64,000 nucleotides of DNA from a bacterium. GTDB lineage: Bacteria; Electryoneota; Electryoneia; Electryoneales; Electryoneaceae. The notes beneath the pieces were generated by a model that saw only the letters and a program-made list of their open reading frames with translations, did no database searches and was not told where the DNA came from. Location of the stretch: assembly GCA_963675295.2 (NCBI GenBank), contig CAXXKJ010000002.1, positions 3,808,001-3,872,000 of the forward strand, in the 5' to 3' direction. The position numbers and the translations under genes were made by a program. Shown in pieces: positions 38,203-47,367 of this stretch; the stretch's first letter is position 1, and the number at the start of each line of letters is the position of its first letter.

Positions 38203-39267
38203 ATGGAACGCAACGCCGTACATACTCAGCAGATTCGGAACCTGTTGACTCAACCGGACGCCTTTTCACGCGAAAATGAAGCGGACGACGCCCTGTTCTA
38301 CACACGGCCTCGCATGGTGCAACATCTCGACTCCACCGCCCTGGAAACCGTTGCGGAGCTGATCGGCGCGTTGGCGGTTCGCGAGCATCCGGATGTGCTC
38401 GACCTCATGGCCAGCATCGACACTCACTTGCCCGACTCGTTCGAAGCGGGACGTGTCGCCGGCCTCGGCATGAACGCCGACGAGCTCGCTGCGAACCCGA
38501 AGCTCGATGAGCGCGTGGTCCATGATCTCAACGCCACCCCCACCCTGCCGTTCCCGGACAACAGCTTCGACATCGTGCTCAACACGCTGTCAGTGCAATA
38601 CCTGACGCATCCCGTCGAAATCTTCCGCGAGGTGAACCGTGTGCTGCGGGACGGCGGCCTGCACCTCGTCATCTTCTCCAACCGCACCTTCGCACCGAAA
38701 GCGGTCACCATCTGGACGCAACTCACTGAATCGGAGCGCCTGGAACTGCTGCGGATCTATTTCGCGGACGCCGGTGGGTTCACGCAGCCGGACACCTTCA
38801 TCGTGATGGGCCGCCCTCGCCCGCACGGTGACAAGTACGAATCCACCGGCGTGCCCAGCGATCCGGTGTACGCGGTCTACGCGGAGAAAGGCGATCCGGC
38901 GTCGCACGCTGACCGTCGTCACGCGCCGCCTGTTGAGTCCGAACACCCCGACCACGATGAGATCGAGCGGCGCAAGGCGGAGTTTGTGCACACCGGCAAG
39001 TGCCCGTACTGCGGCGAGCCGATGCACCTCTGGGCGGTGACGGAAAATCCGATGACGACCTGGAATCACGACTTTTACGTTTGCATCAACGACGAGTGTC
39101 CGTATGTCGTGCGCGGCTGGCGGGTGATGTACGAACAGGGCAATCCGGGCCTGTCCTACCGGCTCTGCTTCGATCCGGTCTCGAAGACGTTCAGCTCACT
39201 GAGTGTCCCTAGCCTCAGCGCGATTAAGAGCCAGATCAAGGACGAGGTTTACGAACCGGAGGAGTGA
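38203..39267 (+). CDS. Class I SAM methyltransferase with a C-terminal Cys4 zinc-finger extension
   Basis: DALFY..PR.V.HLD, LDLMAS...HLP, GLGMN..EL..N, FSNR.F..KA; tail CPYCG...CINDECPY. Confidence 0.85.
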   Translation: MERNAVHTQQIRNLLTQPDAFSRENEADDALFYTRPRMVQHLDSTALETVAELIGALAVREHPDVLDLMASIDTHLPDSFEAGRVAGLGMNADELAANPKLDERVVHDLNATPTLPFPDNSFDIVLNTLSVQYLTHPVEIFREVNRVLRDGGLHLVIFSNRTFAPKAVTIWTQLTESERLELLRIYFADAGGFTQPDTFIVMGRPRPHGDKYESTGVPSDPVYAVYAEKGDPASHADRRHAPPVESEHPDHDEIERRKAEFVHTGKCPYCGEPMHLWAVTENPMTTWNHDFYVCINDECPYVVRGWRVMYEQGNPGLSYRLCFDPVSKTFSSLSVPSLSAIKSQIKDEVYEPEE

Positions 39268-39324
39268 AGTGGGGGCGTCTATCGCGAACCAGCGGTGAAT
39301 CTAGATCGAAAACTACGCTTTTTG

Positions 39325-39529
39325 TCACCGCGTAGCGGTGAAGGGTGGTTAGCGTGTGGTTTCAACCACACGTGCGGGAACCCACCTTCCCATCCCTTTG
39401 TCCTCACCGCGTAGCGGTGAAGGGTGGTTAGAGTGTGGCTTCAGCCACACGAGCGGGCGTCCACTTCCCATCCCTTTGTCCCCACCGCGTTGCGGTGAAG
39501 GGTGGTTAGCGTGTGGTTTCAACCACACG
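39325..39529. repeat. Three tandem ~79-bp REP-like double-hairpin units
   Basis: CACCGCGT(A/T)GCGGTGAAGGGTGGTTAG.GTGTGG.TTCA.CCACACG at 39325, 39404 and 39482. Confidence 0.88.
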
Positions 39530-39697
39530 AAAACGTGCCCACCCAATATCATTATGACCCGCAACAAATGCCCCTGTGACCTGCCGCCAAGCGGTTCGCA
39601 GGGTTCATCCGCACCATGAAAACCTGGATCGCTCATGCCCCAGACATTCATGTCTGGGCTGATCCGCCCGTTCCACTGAACCACACCACGAATTCAC

Positions 39698-40843
39698 CTA
39701 CTCATCCCGTTCCTTCAACCGCAACGCCATCGCGGCAATATCCGAGACCGGCACACGATCAAACCGCACCTTCGCGCTGTCGCCGACTTGTCCACGGAAC
39801 ACCGCCGCGCCTTTCTGCGCCCGGGGCCAACTCCGCCACGGGTGCGGATTGACGGTCAGCAGCACTACCGGCGTATCCAGCGCCGCCGCAAGGTGCAGGA
39901 GGCCGTTGTCAATTCCGGCGACCAGCGCCGCCGTCGCCAGCATATCCATCAACTTCGGCACCGGCACATTGTCGTAAAACGCGCAGTCCAACGCCTCCGC
40001 CACCGGCTTCGCGCGCTCGCTGTCGCCCGGTCCCGCGACGACCACATAGTCCAGGTCACCCATCGTCCGCGCGAGGTCGATGAACACGTCCGCCGGCCAC
40101 CCGTAGCTGTGCCCATCCCACCCCGGTAGCAGGATCACCGGACGCTCGATATCCCTGTCGCGCCACAGTTTTCGTCCACGCTCCAGCCGGTCGAACCCGT
40201 GCGGCAGGCTCGGCGTCCGCCCAACCACCTCCGTGCCGATCAGCTCCGTCAGCTGCAGGTAATAATCGGCCATGTGATCGTTCAGCATCGCGGGGACTGC
40301 CGGAATGTTGTAAAACGGTCCACGTCCGCCGAGATTCACCCCCAGCCGGTGGGAAAAACGCGCCCGCCGCAACAATTTCGCGCGTTCGTACTCGGCTTCA
40401 TACGTCAGGTCGAGAACGATGCAACTCTCGTCCTTACCCTGAGTTTCGTTCGTCAATTCCGCCAATGGCCTGACATCTCCCCACCCCGTCCCGGCAAACA
40501 ATTCCGTCGCGTAGTTCGGCGCATACAGCACCCGTTTCGCCTTCGCAAAGCGCAGTCGCAACGCGCGCAGCGCCGGCTCCGCGAAGACCAGTTCGCGCAA
40601 CGGGCCGGGATGGATCACGATGATCCGCTCAACGTGCTCCCGGGCAGGCATCAGCGGAACCGGCCGTCGTGGATGCCGCATCGCGATCCAGAGCCGGTGC
40701 AGCCTTCGTTTGAAGCCACGTTCGGCGTGCCGCGCCTCCGGCGAGAAGACGACGTCCGGTGAGATTGGCAACGGATCGCCCAGCGTTTCCGGCAGCGCCT
40801 CGCGTGAAGCGCCTTCCATATTTTCCCACGCCGATCCGATCAT
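39698..40843 (-). CDS. Glycosyltransferase family 9 (heptosyltransferase-like), diverged
   Basis: PALRALR, WP...F..LA, DNGLLHLAAALDTPVV; ATGA overlap with the upstream gene. Confidence 0.75.
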   Translation of the reverse strand: MIGSAWENMEGASREALPETLGDPLPISPDVVFSPEARHAERGFKRRLHRLWIAMRHPRRPVPLMPAREHVERIIVIHPGPLRELVFAEPALRALRLRFAKAKRVLYAPNYATELFAGTGWGDVRPLAELTNETQGKDESCIVLDLTYEAEYERAKLLRRARFSHRLGVNLGGRGPFYNIPAVPAMLNDHMADYYLQLTELIGTEVVGRTPSLPHGFDRLERGRKLWRDRDIERPVILLPGWDGHSYGWPADVFIDLARTMGDLDYVVVAGPGDSERAKPVAEALDCAFYDNVPVPKLMDMLATAALVAGIDNGLLHLAAALDTPVVLLTVNPHPWRSWPRAQKGAAVFRGQVGDSAKVRFDRVPVSDIAAMALRLKERDE

Positions 40844-41274
40844 CTCACCGACCCGGATATCGCCTCGATCCGCCGCACCGCTTCCGCGCACACCGACGCC
40901 ATGTGATCGCCAGGATCGTTCGCGTGCACCATCAGCGACGCCACATGCGGCGCGACAACGTCCACCCGCACCTCCGCGATTGCTGCCAGAGCAAGCGACG
41001 CGTTCGGACAATGATTGCCGGACTCGTCGTTCAGCATCCACATCAGTTTGCGCGCGAGGTCACGCACACGTTCGTCTTGCAGGGTATCCGCGAGCACGGT
41101 GAACGCGTGCAACGTGGGCTCGAGCCGCTCGCTGTCGGTTTCGTGCAACGCCGAGATCAGCGCGCGTTGCAGGCCCGGCTTTGAAGAGAGCATCGTGCGT
41201 ACCTGCTCCCACTCCCCCGCCGCAATCGCCTGCAGCAAGGCGGCCCGGTTGGCTGTCCTCTGGTTTGCTTCCAT
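40840..41274 (-). CDS. DVU0298-like HEAT-repeat protein
   Basis: RKLMWMLNDESG motif; helical. Confidence 0.65.
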   Translation of the reverse strand: MEANQRTANRAALLQAIAAGEWEQVRTMLSSKPGLQRALISALHETDSERLEPTLHAFTVLADTLQDERVRDLARKLMWMLNDESGNHCPNASLALAAIAEVRVDVVAPHVASLMVHANDPGDHMASVCAEAVRRIEAISGSVR

Positions 41275-41444
41275 GGCGGAAAGATAGACGGACGCGTGCT
41301 CTCGCGCCAGCGTGGAACTCAGAAAGCATCGGCCCCCGAATGCCCCCGCTGGGGATTTTCGGTTTTTTCTCCAACAATCAACTCTACCCTCCCATTCGAC
41401 GGAGCAGGCTTGTATCTTCGGCGACGGAGTTTTCAGGAGGTGGA

Positions 41445-42761
41445 GTGCGTCGTATCGCAGTCATTGGGGGAGGTGTCGCCGGCATCGCGGCGGCGTTGTC
41501 AGCGTCCGGACGGGACACACAGGTGACCCTGTTCGAGTCGTTGCCACGTCTCGGCGGGCGTGCGGCTGGTGCGGACGGTGTCGACACCGGCCGTCACCTC
41601 GTGCTTTCCAGCTACGTCTACTTCCTCGATCTGCTGAAACGGCTGGGTTCGCACGACGAAATCCACTTCACGCCACTGCATTTCACCGCCCTCGACGGGG
41701 ACGCGGCCTACGAACTCCCGTTCCACACCGGCATCCTTTCCGGTGCCCTGGCCGCCGGATTCGGGCTGATGGTGCGAAATTTCCTCCCACCCGCAAGCCG
41801 CGCTGCCGCTGTCACCGCTTTAGCCCGCACCGCCGCCTCCGCGCCCGGCGAACCGCACGACCACCAGCTCGCCGGTGACGGAAGCCAGCGCCGCTTCCGC
41901 CGCTCCGGGCTGATCTCGGTGGCCGATCTCTTTGACCGCCTCGGCTGGCCAGTCCCGTTGATCGAACGCCTCGGTGAACCGCTCGCACTCGCGATGGGAA
42001 ACGCGTCATCGCTCGACCTCGCGGCGGGGATGTACCTGAACGCGCTCGCCCGCGTTTTGGCCGACACCGACCCGCGTTCCGGCTGGGTCACCGGCGAACG
42101 CTACGGCTCCGTGCTCAGCGACCCGGCGTTGTGGACATTGAAGGACCGCGGGGTCGACATCCGGCTCGGGGAGGGCGTGCGCTGGGTGGAACGTACCGGC
42201 GACAAATGGCGGCTGGTTTCCGCCATCGCGGAACGCTTCGACCGGGTGATCGTTACCGCCACCCCGCCGCGCCTCAACATCCTCGACGGTGTCCCGGAAG
42301 CCGCGCCGTTGCTGGCGTGGTCGCGACGCATGTCTGGCCGTGCGATCCTCACCATCCGCGCCCGGGTGTACGGCCCGGTTCAAGCTTCCGGCCCGATCGC
42401 CGAAACCACCCCGCCGCACGGCATCTGGTTCCGCGAGTGGCATCCGGACGGCGGCGTGCTGCTCGAACGCGTCATCTCCAACATGGCGAACGACGCCGAC
42501 CTCGACCTCGACCACACCATCATGTCGTTCGCCCAGCATGCGCAGCAATGGTTCAACGCGAAGGTCAACGAGGAAAACGTGGTCGTGCGCTTCTACCCGG
42601 ACGCGACCATGACCATCGCGCCGCAGATGTTGCGTCCGACCGTCCGCCAGGGTCCGGGCCTGTACTACGCGTCCGACCTCTCCGCCACCGGCCTGCCCGC
42701 CACGCTCGAGTCCGCCGCACGAGCCGGATCGCTCGCCGGCAAACTCGCCACGACAGATTAG
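41445..42761 (+). CDS. FAD-dependent oxidoreductase, HpnE/amine-oxidase-like
   Basis: IAVIGGGVAG, LGGRA, DTGRH, GLPATLESAARAG; GTG start after AGGAGG. Confidence 0.75.
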   Translation: MRRIAVIGGGVAGIAAALSASGRDTQVTLFESLPRLGGRAAGADGVDTGRHLVLSSYVYFLDLLKRLGSHDEIHFTPLHFTALDGDAAYELPFHTGILSGALAAGFGLMVRNFLPPASRAAAVTALARTAASAPGEPHDHQLAGDGSQRRFRRSGLISVADLFDRLGWPVPLIERLGEPLALAMGNASSLDLAAGMYLNALARVLADTDPRSGWVTGERYGSVLSDPALWTLKDRGVDIRLGEGVRWVERTGDKWRLVSAIAERFDRVIVTATPPRLNILDGVPEAAPLLAWSRRMSGRAILTIRARVYGPVQASGPIAETTPPHGIWFREWHPDGGVLLERVISNMANDADLDLDHTIMSFAQHAQQWFNAKVNEENVVVRFYPDATMTIAPQMLRPTVRQGPGLYYASDLSATGLPATLESAARAGSLAGKLATTD

Positions 42762-42774
42762 TGGACAGTCGGTA

Positions 42775-43250
42775 GTTGTCAGATGTCAGTTGTCAGTTGT
42801 CAGTTGTCAGGTCTCAGGTCTCAAGTCTCAGGTCTCAGGTCTCAGGTCTCAGTTTTGAGTGGTCAGTGAAAACTCGCTTGCCACGGACTTTTGTCCGTGG
42901 CAAGCAATACCTCACACCTGTTTTAAGCCGTCAGTAACTCACGACTCAATACTCATCACTCACAACTGGTTTTCCAGGGTGTCATCCTGAACGCAGTGAA
43001 GGATCTAGATTCCTTATGGTCCTCACTTGAATGGAATATCATCCTGAACGCAGTGAAGGGTCTAGGTTCCAGATGATCTGCACCTGAATAGTACGTCATT
43101 CTGAACGAAGTGAAGAAGATCGGGCTTCGTTGACCGTTATCGAGGCTGAATCTTCTTCATTCCTCTTCGTTCCATTCAGAATGACACCCTCGTACCTTCC
43201 ATCCTTTACCGATTACCGATTACCGAAAACCGACAACCGTTTACCGACCA
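42775..43250. repeat. Intergenic cassette: heptamer tracts plus REP hairpins (three 57-bp-period units and one inverted copy)
   Basis: (GTCAGTT)n and (GGTCTCA)n; GCTTGCCACGGAC-tttt-GTCCGTGGCAAGC at 42876-42905; TCAT(C/T)CTGAACG(C/A)AGTGAAG at 42982, 43039 and 43096; inverted copy at 43150-43185; (CCGATTA)n. Confidence 0.88.
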
Positions 43251-43254
43251 CCGC

Positions 43255-44727
43255 TTACCGCCCCTCCACCTCAAACCACAAACTATCACCCGGCACGAAG
43301 CCGTAGCCTGCCGCGCCGGCACGAACCGTCATCCTGTACTCTCCGGCGGGCAACCCGCCGGGAACTGTCAGGCCGAGATCGGGCCAGGTCAGCCACTCGC
43401 CGTTGGTGACCGTCATACGGCGGTGCCAGACACGGGCGCTGTTGCCGTTCGGACCGGTGACGTCGGCCCAGAGATGGCCGTTTATCGGTTGCGGGAACTG
43501 GTTGTAGACCATGCCGTCGAAGACGACCTCGCCACCGGCGGACGGAACCGTCGTCTGACGCGGAACCAAGCGGATGATGAACTGCGGCGGGTCGTTGGTC
43601 GGGTTTTCGTACCAGTAGACGTGCTCGTTGAACAGGTCGACGTCGCCGTCGTTGTCGATGTCAGCTTTTTCGAGAATGTCCCACAGATAGGGATCATCCT
43701 GGGAATACTGTTCCTGGACAAAGTCGTCGTTATTTCCCTGATTGATGAAGAAGATACCAGAAACCGCAACGTCCATGTCGCCATCGCCATCTACATCCAG
43801 CACGCGAATCGGTTGGGAAGCTCCCAACTCTGTCATTCCAATCGGACCGTAGATCACGTGACGGACGAATGTTGTCCCGCCCTGATGTTCCCACCAGTTG
43901 ATCTGGCCTACATAATCGGGATCCCAGCCACGGATTGTAGCGAAATCCAGATCGCCGTCGCCGTCGAAATCGTCGATATCGAAGTAGGAATATCCGTTTC
44001 CGTACGGTTCGGGAAGCACATCAAGCATCGTATAGACCCACTCACTTCCTGTCCAGGAATAGACAGCGAGGCCGTTGATGCGGGAGGCGATGAATTCAAG
44101 CAGGCCGTCCCCGTTGAAATCCACCAGATCGGAGGGGAAAGACAGGGCATCAAATTCAGGATATACCTGCAAATCAAAGCTGCCATCCGGTTGCTGCCAC
44201 CAGGTGTGCAGGTAGAAGTGGGTATTGGAATTGGGACCATACATGGTGATGAAATCCACGTCGCCGTCGTTGTCAATGTCGCCGGCACTCAGCGGGCCGC
44301 TGTTTGCCACATGTGCTATGAAATGAAGCCGATACTCTGGGTATCCAAGATTTTCCAACCAACCAACGGCGTCTGAAGTCGGATCGGGAGAATCAAGCAT
44401 CCAGCCGCTGAAAATATAATCTTGGTCACCGTCTAAATCGAGATCGGTCGCTGCTGAATGGAAGAAGTAAGCAGAATCCGAGATCTCGGTGTCATGGTGA
44501 AGTACCCATTCCTCGGGTATCATGTTTTCCACAATCCGGAATACGGAGCATAAAACGAGAGGATCTAAGTCGCCATCAAAATCAACATCGTTCATGCCTA
44601 GAAACCCACCAACTACACCAGCTGCACCGGTGGGTAACTCGTGTCGCTCCCACTGGGCGTGGGATGGCAGGGACAGCGACAGGGTGATCAGCAGGATGAG
44701 GGGAAGGGTGAGCAGGTAACGTGTCAT
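43255..44727 (-). CDS. Secreted FG-GAP/VCBS beta-propeller protein with a C-terminal Ig-like domain
   Basis: Signal peptide; seven DxDxDGDxD-type motifs; C-terminal VPSAGGEVVF...VPGGLPAGEY. Confidence 0.88.
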   Translation of the reverse strand: MTRYLLTLPLILLITLSLSLPSHAQWERHELPTGAAGVVGGFLGMNDVDFDGDLDPLVLCSVFRIVENMIPEEWVLHHDTEISDSAYFFHSAATDLDLDGDQDYIFSGWMLDSPDPTSDAVGWLENLGYPEYRLHFIAHVANSGPLSAGDIDNDGDVDFITMYGPNSNTHFYLHTWWQQPDGSFDLQVYPEFDALSFPSDLVDFNGDGLLEFIASRINGLAVYSWTGSEWVYTMLDVLPEPYGNGYSYFDIDDFDGDGDLDFATIRGWDPDYVGQINWWEHQGGTTFVRHVIYGPIGMTELGASQPIRVLDVDGDGDMDVAVSGIFFINQGNNDDFVQEQYSQDDPYLWDILEKADIDNDGDVDLFNEHVYWYENPTNDPPQFIIRLVPRQTTVPSAGGEVVFDGMVYNQFPQPINGHLWADVTGPNGNSARVWHRRMTVTNGEWLTWPDLGLTVPGGLPAGEYRMTVRAGAAGYGFVPGDSLWFEVEGR

Positions 44728-44839
44728 TGCGGACCTCGGTGGAATCGTGATTCGGCAATATACGACGGGAGAGTGGGCGCTGGTGCCCGTGATTGACCGT
44801 CACGTGTGTTTGTGACGGCTATCGCGGGTCATCCGAAAG

Positions 44840-44874
44840 CGGATCATCCCGCCTGGCAAAGCCATCCGGGGCAC
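44840..44874 (-). repeat. REP-like 35-bp element (inverted copy at 47862..47896)
   Basis: Reverse complement reads GTGCCCCGGATGGCTTTGCCAGGCGGGATGATCCG. Confidence 0.7.
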
Positions 44875-44936
44875 GTAGATTCCCGCAACCCGCCGCCCGC
44901 CACCCATAGCCCATATCCTGCAGCCCATCGCCTGTC

Positions 44937-46346
44937 TTACGGGAAGATCCCAAGTTCGAGGTAGTTGTACGCGATCTTGTCGATGGCTTCGAGCATCGCG
45001 GCGGTGCGCAGATCGTCAACTTTGTCCTCGCCACGCATCCGCGCCAGCACCCGGTGGAACGAGTCGGTCATCGTCTGATCAAGTCCGGAATCGACCAGTT
45101 CCCATTCCCCGCCACCCGCGAGGATCGCCCGTTTGTCCTCCGGATTCAGCCAGTGGCCGGACGCCCGTTCCATCGCGTCGATCACATTGCCCAGCATGCT
45201 CTTTTCGTGCTTCTGCGTCATCCGTCCGAACCGCATATGCGACAGGTTCTTCAGCCATTCAAAGTAGGAAACGGTCACGCCGCCGGCATTCGCGACAATC
45301 CCCGGCACGATCAGCACCCCCTTCTCACGCAGGATCGTCTCCGCGTCACAGGTCACCGGCCCGTTCGCCCCTTCCACGATGATTTTCGCCTTGATCGCCG
45401 GCGCAACCTCCGCCGTAATCACCGCTTCCGTCGCCGCGGGGACGATAATGTCGCAGTCAGCACCGAACACCGCATTCGAATCACCGAGTTGTTTCGTGTT
45501 GGCGAAATTGAGGATACTGCCGGTCTCTTCACGGTGCTGATGCAACGCCTTGACGTCAATCCCGCCGGGATGGTAGATCGTGCCCTCGATCTCGGAGACC
45601 GCCACGACTTTCGCGTCATATTCCTCGAATGTCAGCCCCGCATTGTAGCCGACATTCCCGAACCCCTGGATCGCGATCCGTTTGCCCACCAGCCCCCGGT
45701 TGCAGCCGATGGACTGCATCAGCTCCCGGTCGTCACACAGCTCGCGGGTGACAAACACCAGCCCGCGCCCTGTCGCCTCGATCCGGCCACGGATCCCGCC
45801 GACAGCCAGCGGTTTGCCGGTGACGCACGCGCTGCCGTCGATATCGTCCCCGCGCAACGTCACGTACGTGTCCATGATCCAGCCCATCTCACGCGGGCCG
45901 GTGCCCATGTCCGGCGCGGGCACATCAATCGCCGGACCGATGAAATCCTTCTTCGCCAGTTCCGCTGTGAACCGCCGCGTGACCGCCTGCAGGTCGTCCA
46001 CGCTGTACTTGCGCGGATCGATCGCCAGCCCGCCGTTCGCCCCACCGAACGGGATCTCCGCGATCGCGCACTTGTACGTCATTAACGCCGAGATCGCACT
46101 GACCGAATCCTCGTTCACATTCGGGTTGAACCGGATCCCGCCCTTCACCGGTGTCTTGTGGTGCGAGTGTTCCGCCCGCCAGCTGTGGATGACTTCGTAC
46201 CCCCGTTCCGTCTGCAACGGAAAACGCACATGCAGCACGGAGTTCACACCCCGAATCTGCTCGAGCAATCCCTGCGGGTGGTCGGTCAGTGCCGCCGCGG
46301 TCGCAAACCGGCGGTCAATGTCCTGGCGAAAGGTCGTACTGGGCAT
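44937..46346 (-). CDS. Glu/Leu/Phe/Val dehydrogenase family protein (glutamate dehydrogenase-like; catalytic Lys appears as Asn)
   Basis: KGGIRF, MTYKCA, DVPAPD, VTGKP, EATGRG, QGFGNVG, EGANGP, NAGGVTVSYFEW. Confidence 0.92.
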   Translation of the reverse strand: MPSTTFRQDIDRRFATAAALTDHPQGLLEQIRGVNSVLHVRFPLQTERGYEVIHSWRAEHSHHKTPVKGGIRFNPNVNEDSVSAISALMTYKCAIAEIPFGGANGGLAIDPRKYSVDDLQAVTRRFTAELAKKDFIGPAIDVPAPDMGTGPREMGWIMDTYVTLRGDDIDGSACVTGKPLAVGGIRGRIEATGRGLVFVTRELCDDRELMQSIGCNRGLVGKRIAIQGFGNVGYNAGLTFEEYDAKVVAVSEIEGTIYHPGGIDVKALHQHREETGSILNFANTKQLGDSNAVFGADCDIIVPAATEAVITAEVAPAIKAKIIVEGANGPVTCDAETILREKGVLIVPGIVANAGGVTVSYFEWLKNLSHMRFGRMTQKHEKSMLGNVIDAMERASGHWLNPEDKRAILAGGGEWELVDSGLDQTMTDSFHRVLARMRGEDKVDDLRTAAMLEAIDKIAYNYLELGIFP

Positions 46347-46489
46347 GGGTTCCTCACGGTGAAGGTGATCGTGGGGGTGTGTGCGTGCAAAGGTACGTCA
46401 CCCGCGCGAACGTCTCAACGCTCCCACAGTGAGAATTGCCCAACCGGAAGGGGCGCAGCTACTCGCCACGCCCCTCCTGCACAATCTTA

Positions 46490-46978
46490 CTAGTCGCCCG
46501 GCATGTAGGGAACCGGCGGCGTCTTCTGCAACGCACGGATGTACACCGTCAACGCGCCGCGATGGTGCGCCGTGTGATCCTGGATACCGTACAGGCAAAT
46601 GAACCGCGGGAATTGCCCCATCAGCGACGTTTCCGGCATCACCTCCAGCAACTCCTCGTCCGTGCGCTTCCCGAAATTCTCGATCGCACGGTCGAACGAC
46701 TCGTCGAACCACTTGCGCGCGGCAGCCAACGACGTCACCGTCAGCACCCGGTTGTTGTGATCCTCCAACGCATTTTCGTCCCACCCGGGCCCGGTTTCGC
46801 TGAACGCGCTGTCGCTGAACCAGTCAACCGTGTGCGCGGCATGCGCCACCTGCTGCGCCACCGTGTACATCTCATCCTGCGGCTTGAACAGCGAGTCGTC
46901 CTCGGTCAACGGCTTGGTCGACCGGTTGAAGAAAAGGCGGGCCCTTTCCAACTCCATCTTGAACACATCTGCCAGCAT
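46490..46978 (-). CDS. DinB family protein
   Basis: F.P...M.TV..QVAH and DHTAHHRGALTVYIR.L...PP. Confidence 0.87.
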   Translation of the reverse strand: MLADVFKMELERARLFFNRSTKPLTEDDSLFKPQDEMYTVAQQVAHAAHTVDWFSDSAFSETGPGWDENALEDHNNRVLTVTSLAAARKWFDESFDRAIENFGKRTDEELLEVMPETSLMGQFPRFICLYGIQDHTAHHRGALTVYIRALQKTPPVPYMPGD

Positions 46979-47069
46979 GGTTCCCCTCGTGTGCTACGTG
47001 ATTTTCGATCCAATCTGTACATCGACGCCCGGAATCTACTCCACCCCAACCCGCCGCACAAGGAAAATC

Positions 47070-47083
47070 TGAACATTTGTTCA
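47070..47083. promoter_or_regulatory. TGAAC-N4-GTTCA operator (LexA/Cheo-like or TetR-like)
   Basis: TGAACATTTGTTCA just upstream of a minus-strand TTGTGC-17-TAGATT candidate promoter of the dinB-family gene. Confidence 0.55.
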
Positions 47084-47367
47084 TACCGGAGCTATAAAGT
47101 GCCTCTCCGTCCAGAATTCACACCCCGGCTGACAATCGTTTGATCATCGCCAAACGCTTACCATATTCCGTAGATCGCGGCTCAGGGCTGATACCACCGA
47201 GTGCAAAGTAGAACTATTCCCGGCGAAATAACATTGCTCCGGAATTTTCGGATAAAAGGGAGGTTTGTACAAAAATCGGATTGATCAGTTTACCTTTCTG
47301 AAGTACATTGAAAATGCACATGTTCCGCACGTCGATTGAGAATGATTCGTTTTACCACCGGGACCTG

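Noticed and set aside
39325-39529. CRISPR-like array (79-bp period)
   Set aside because: The two spacers are near-identical; this is a tandem REP duplication.
42981-43121. CRISPR-like array (57-bp period)
   Set aside because: Spacers are homologous, repeats are degenerate and an inverted copy follows, as in REP clusters.
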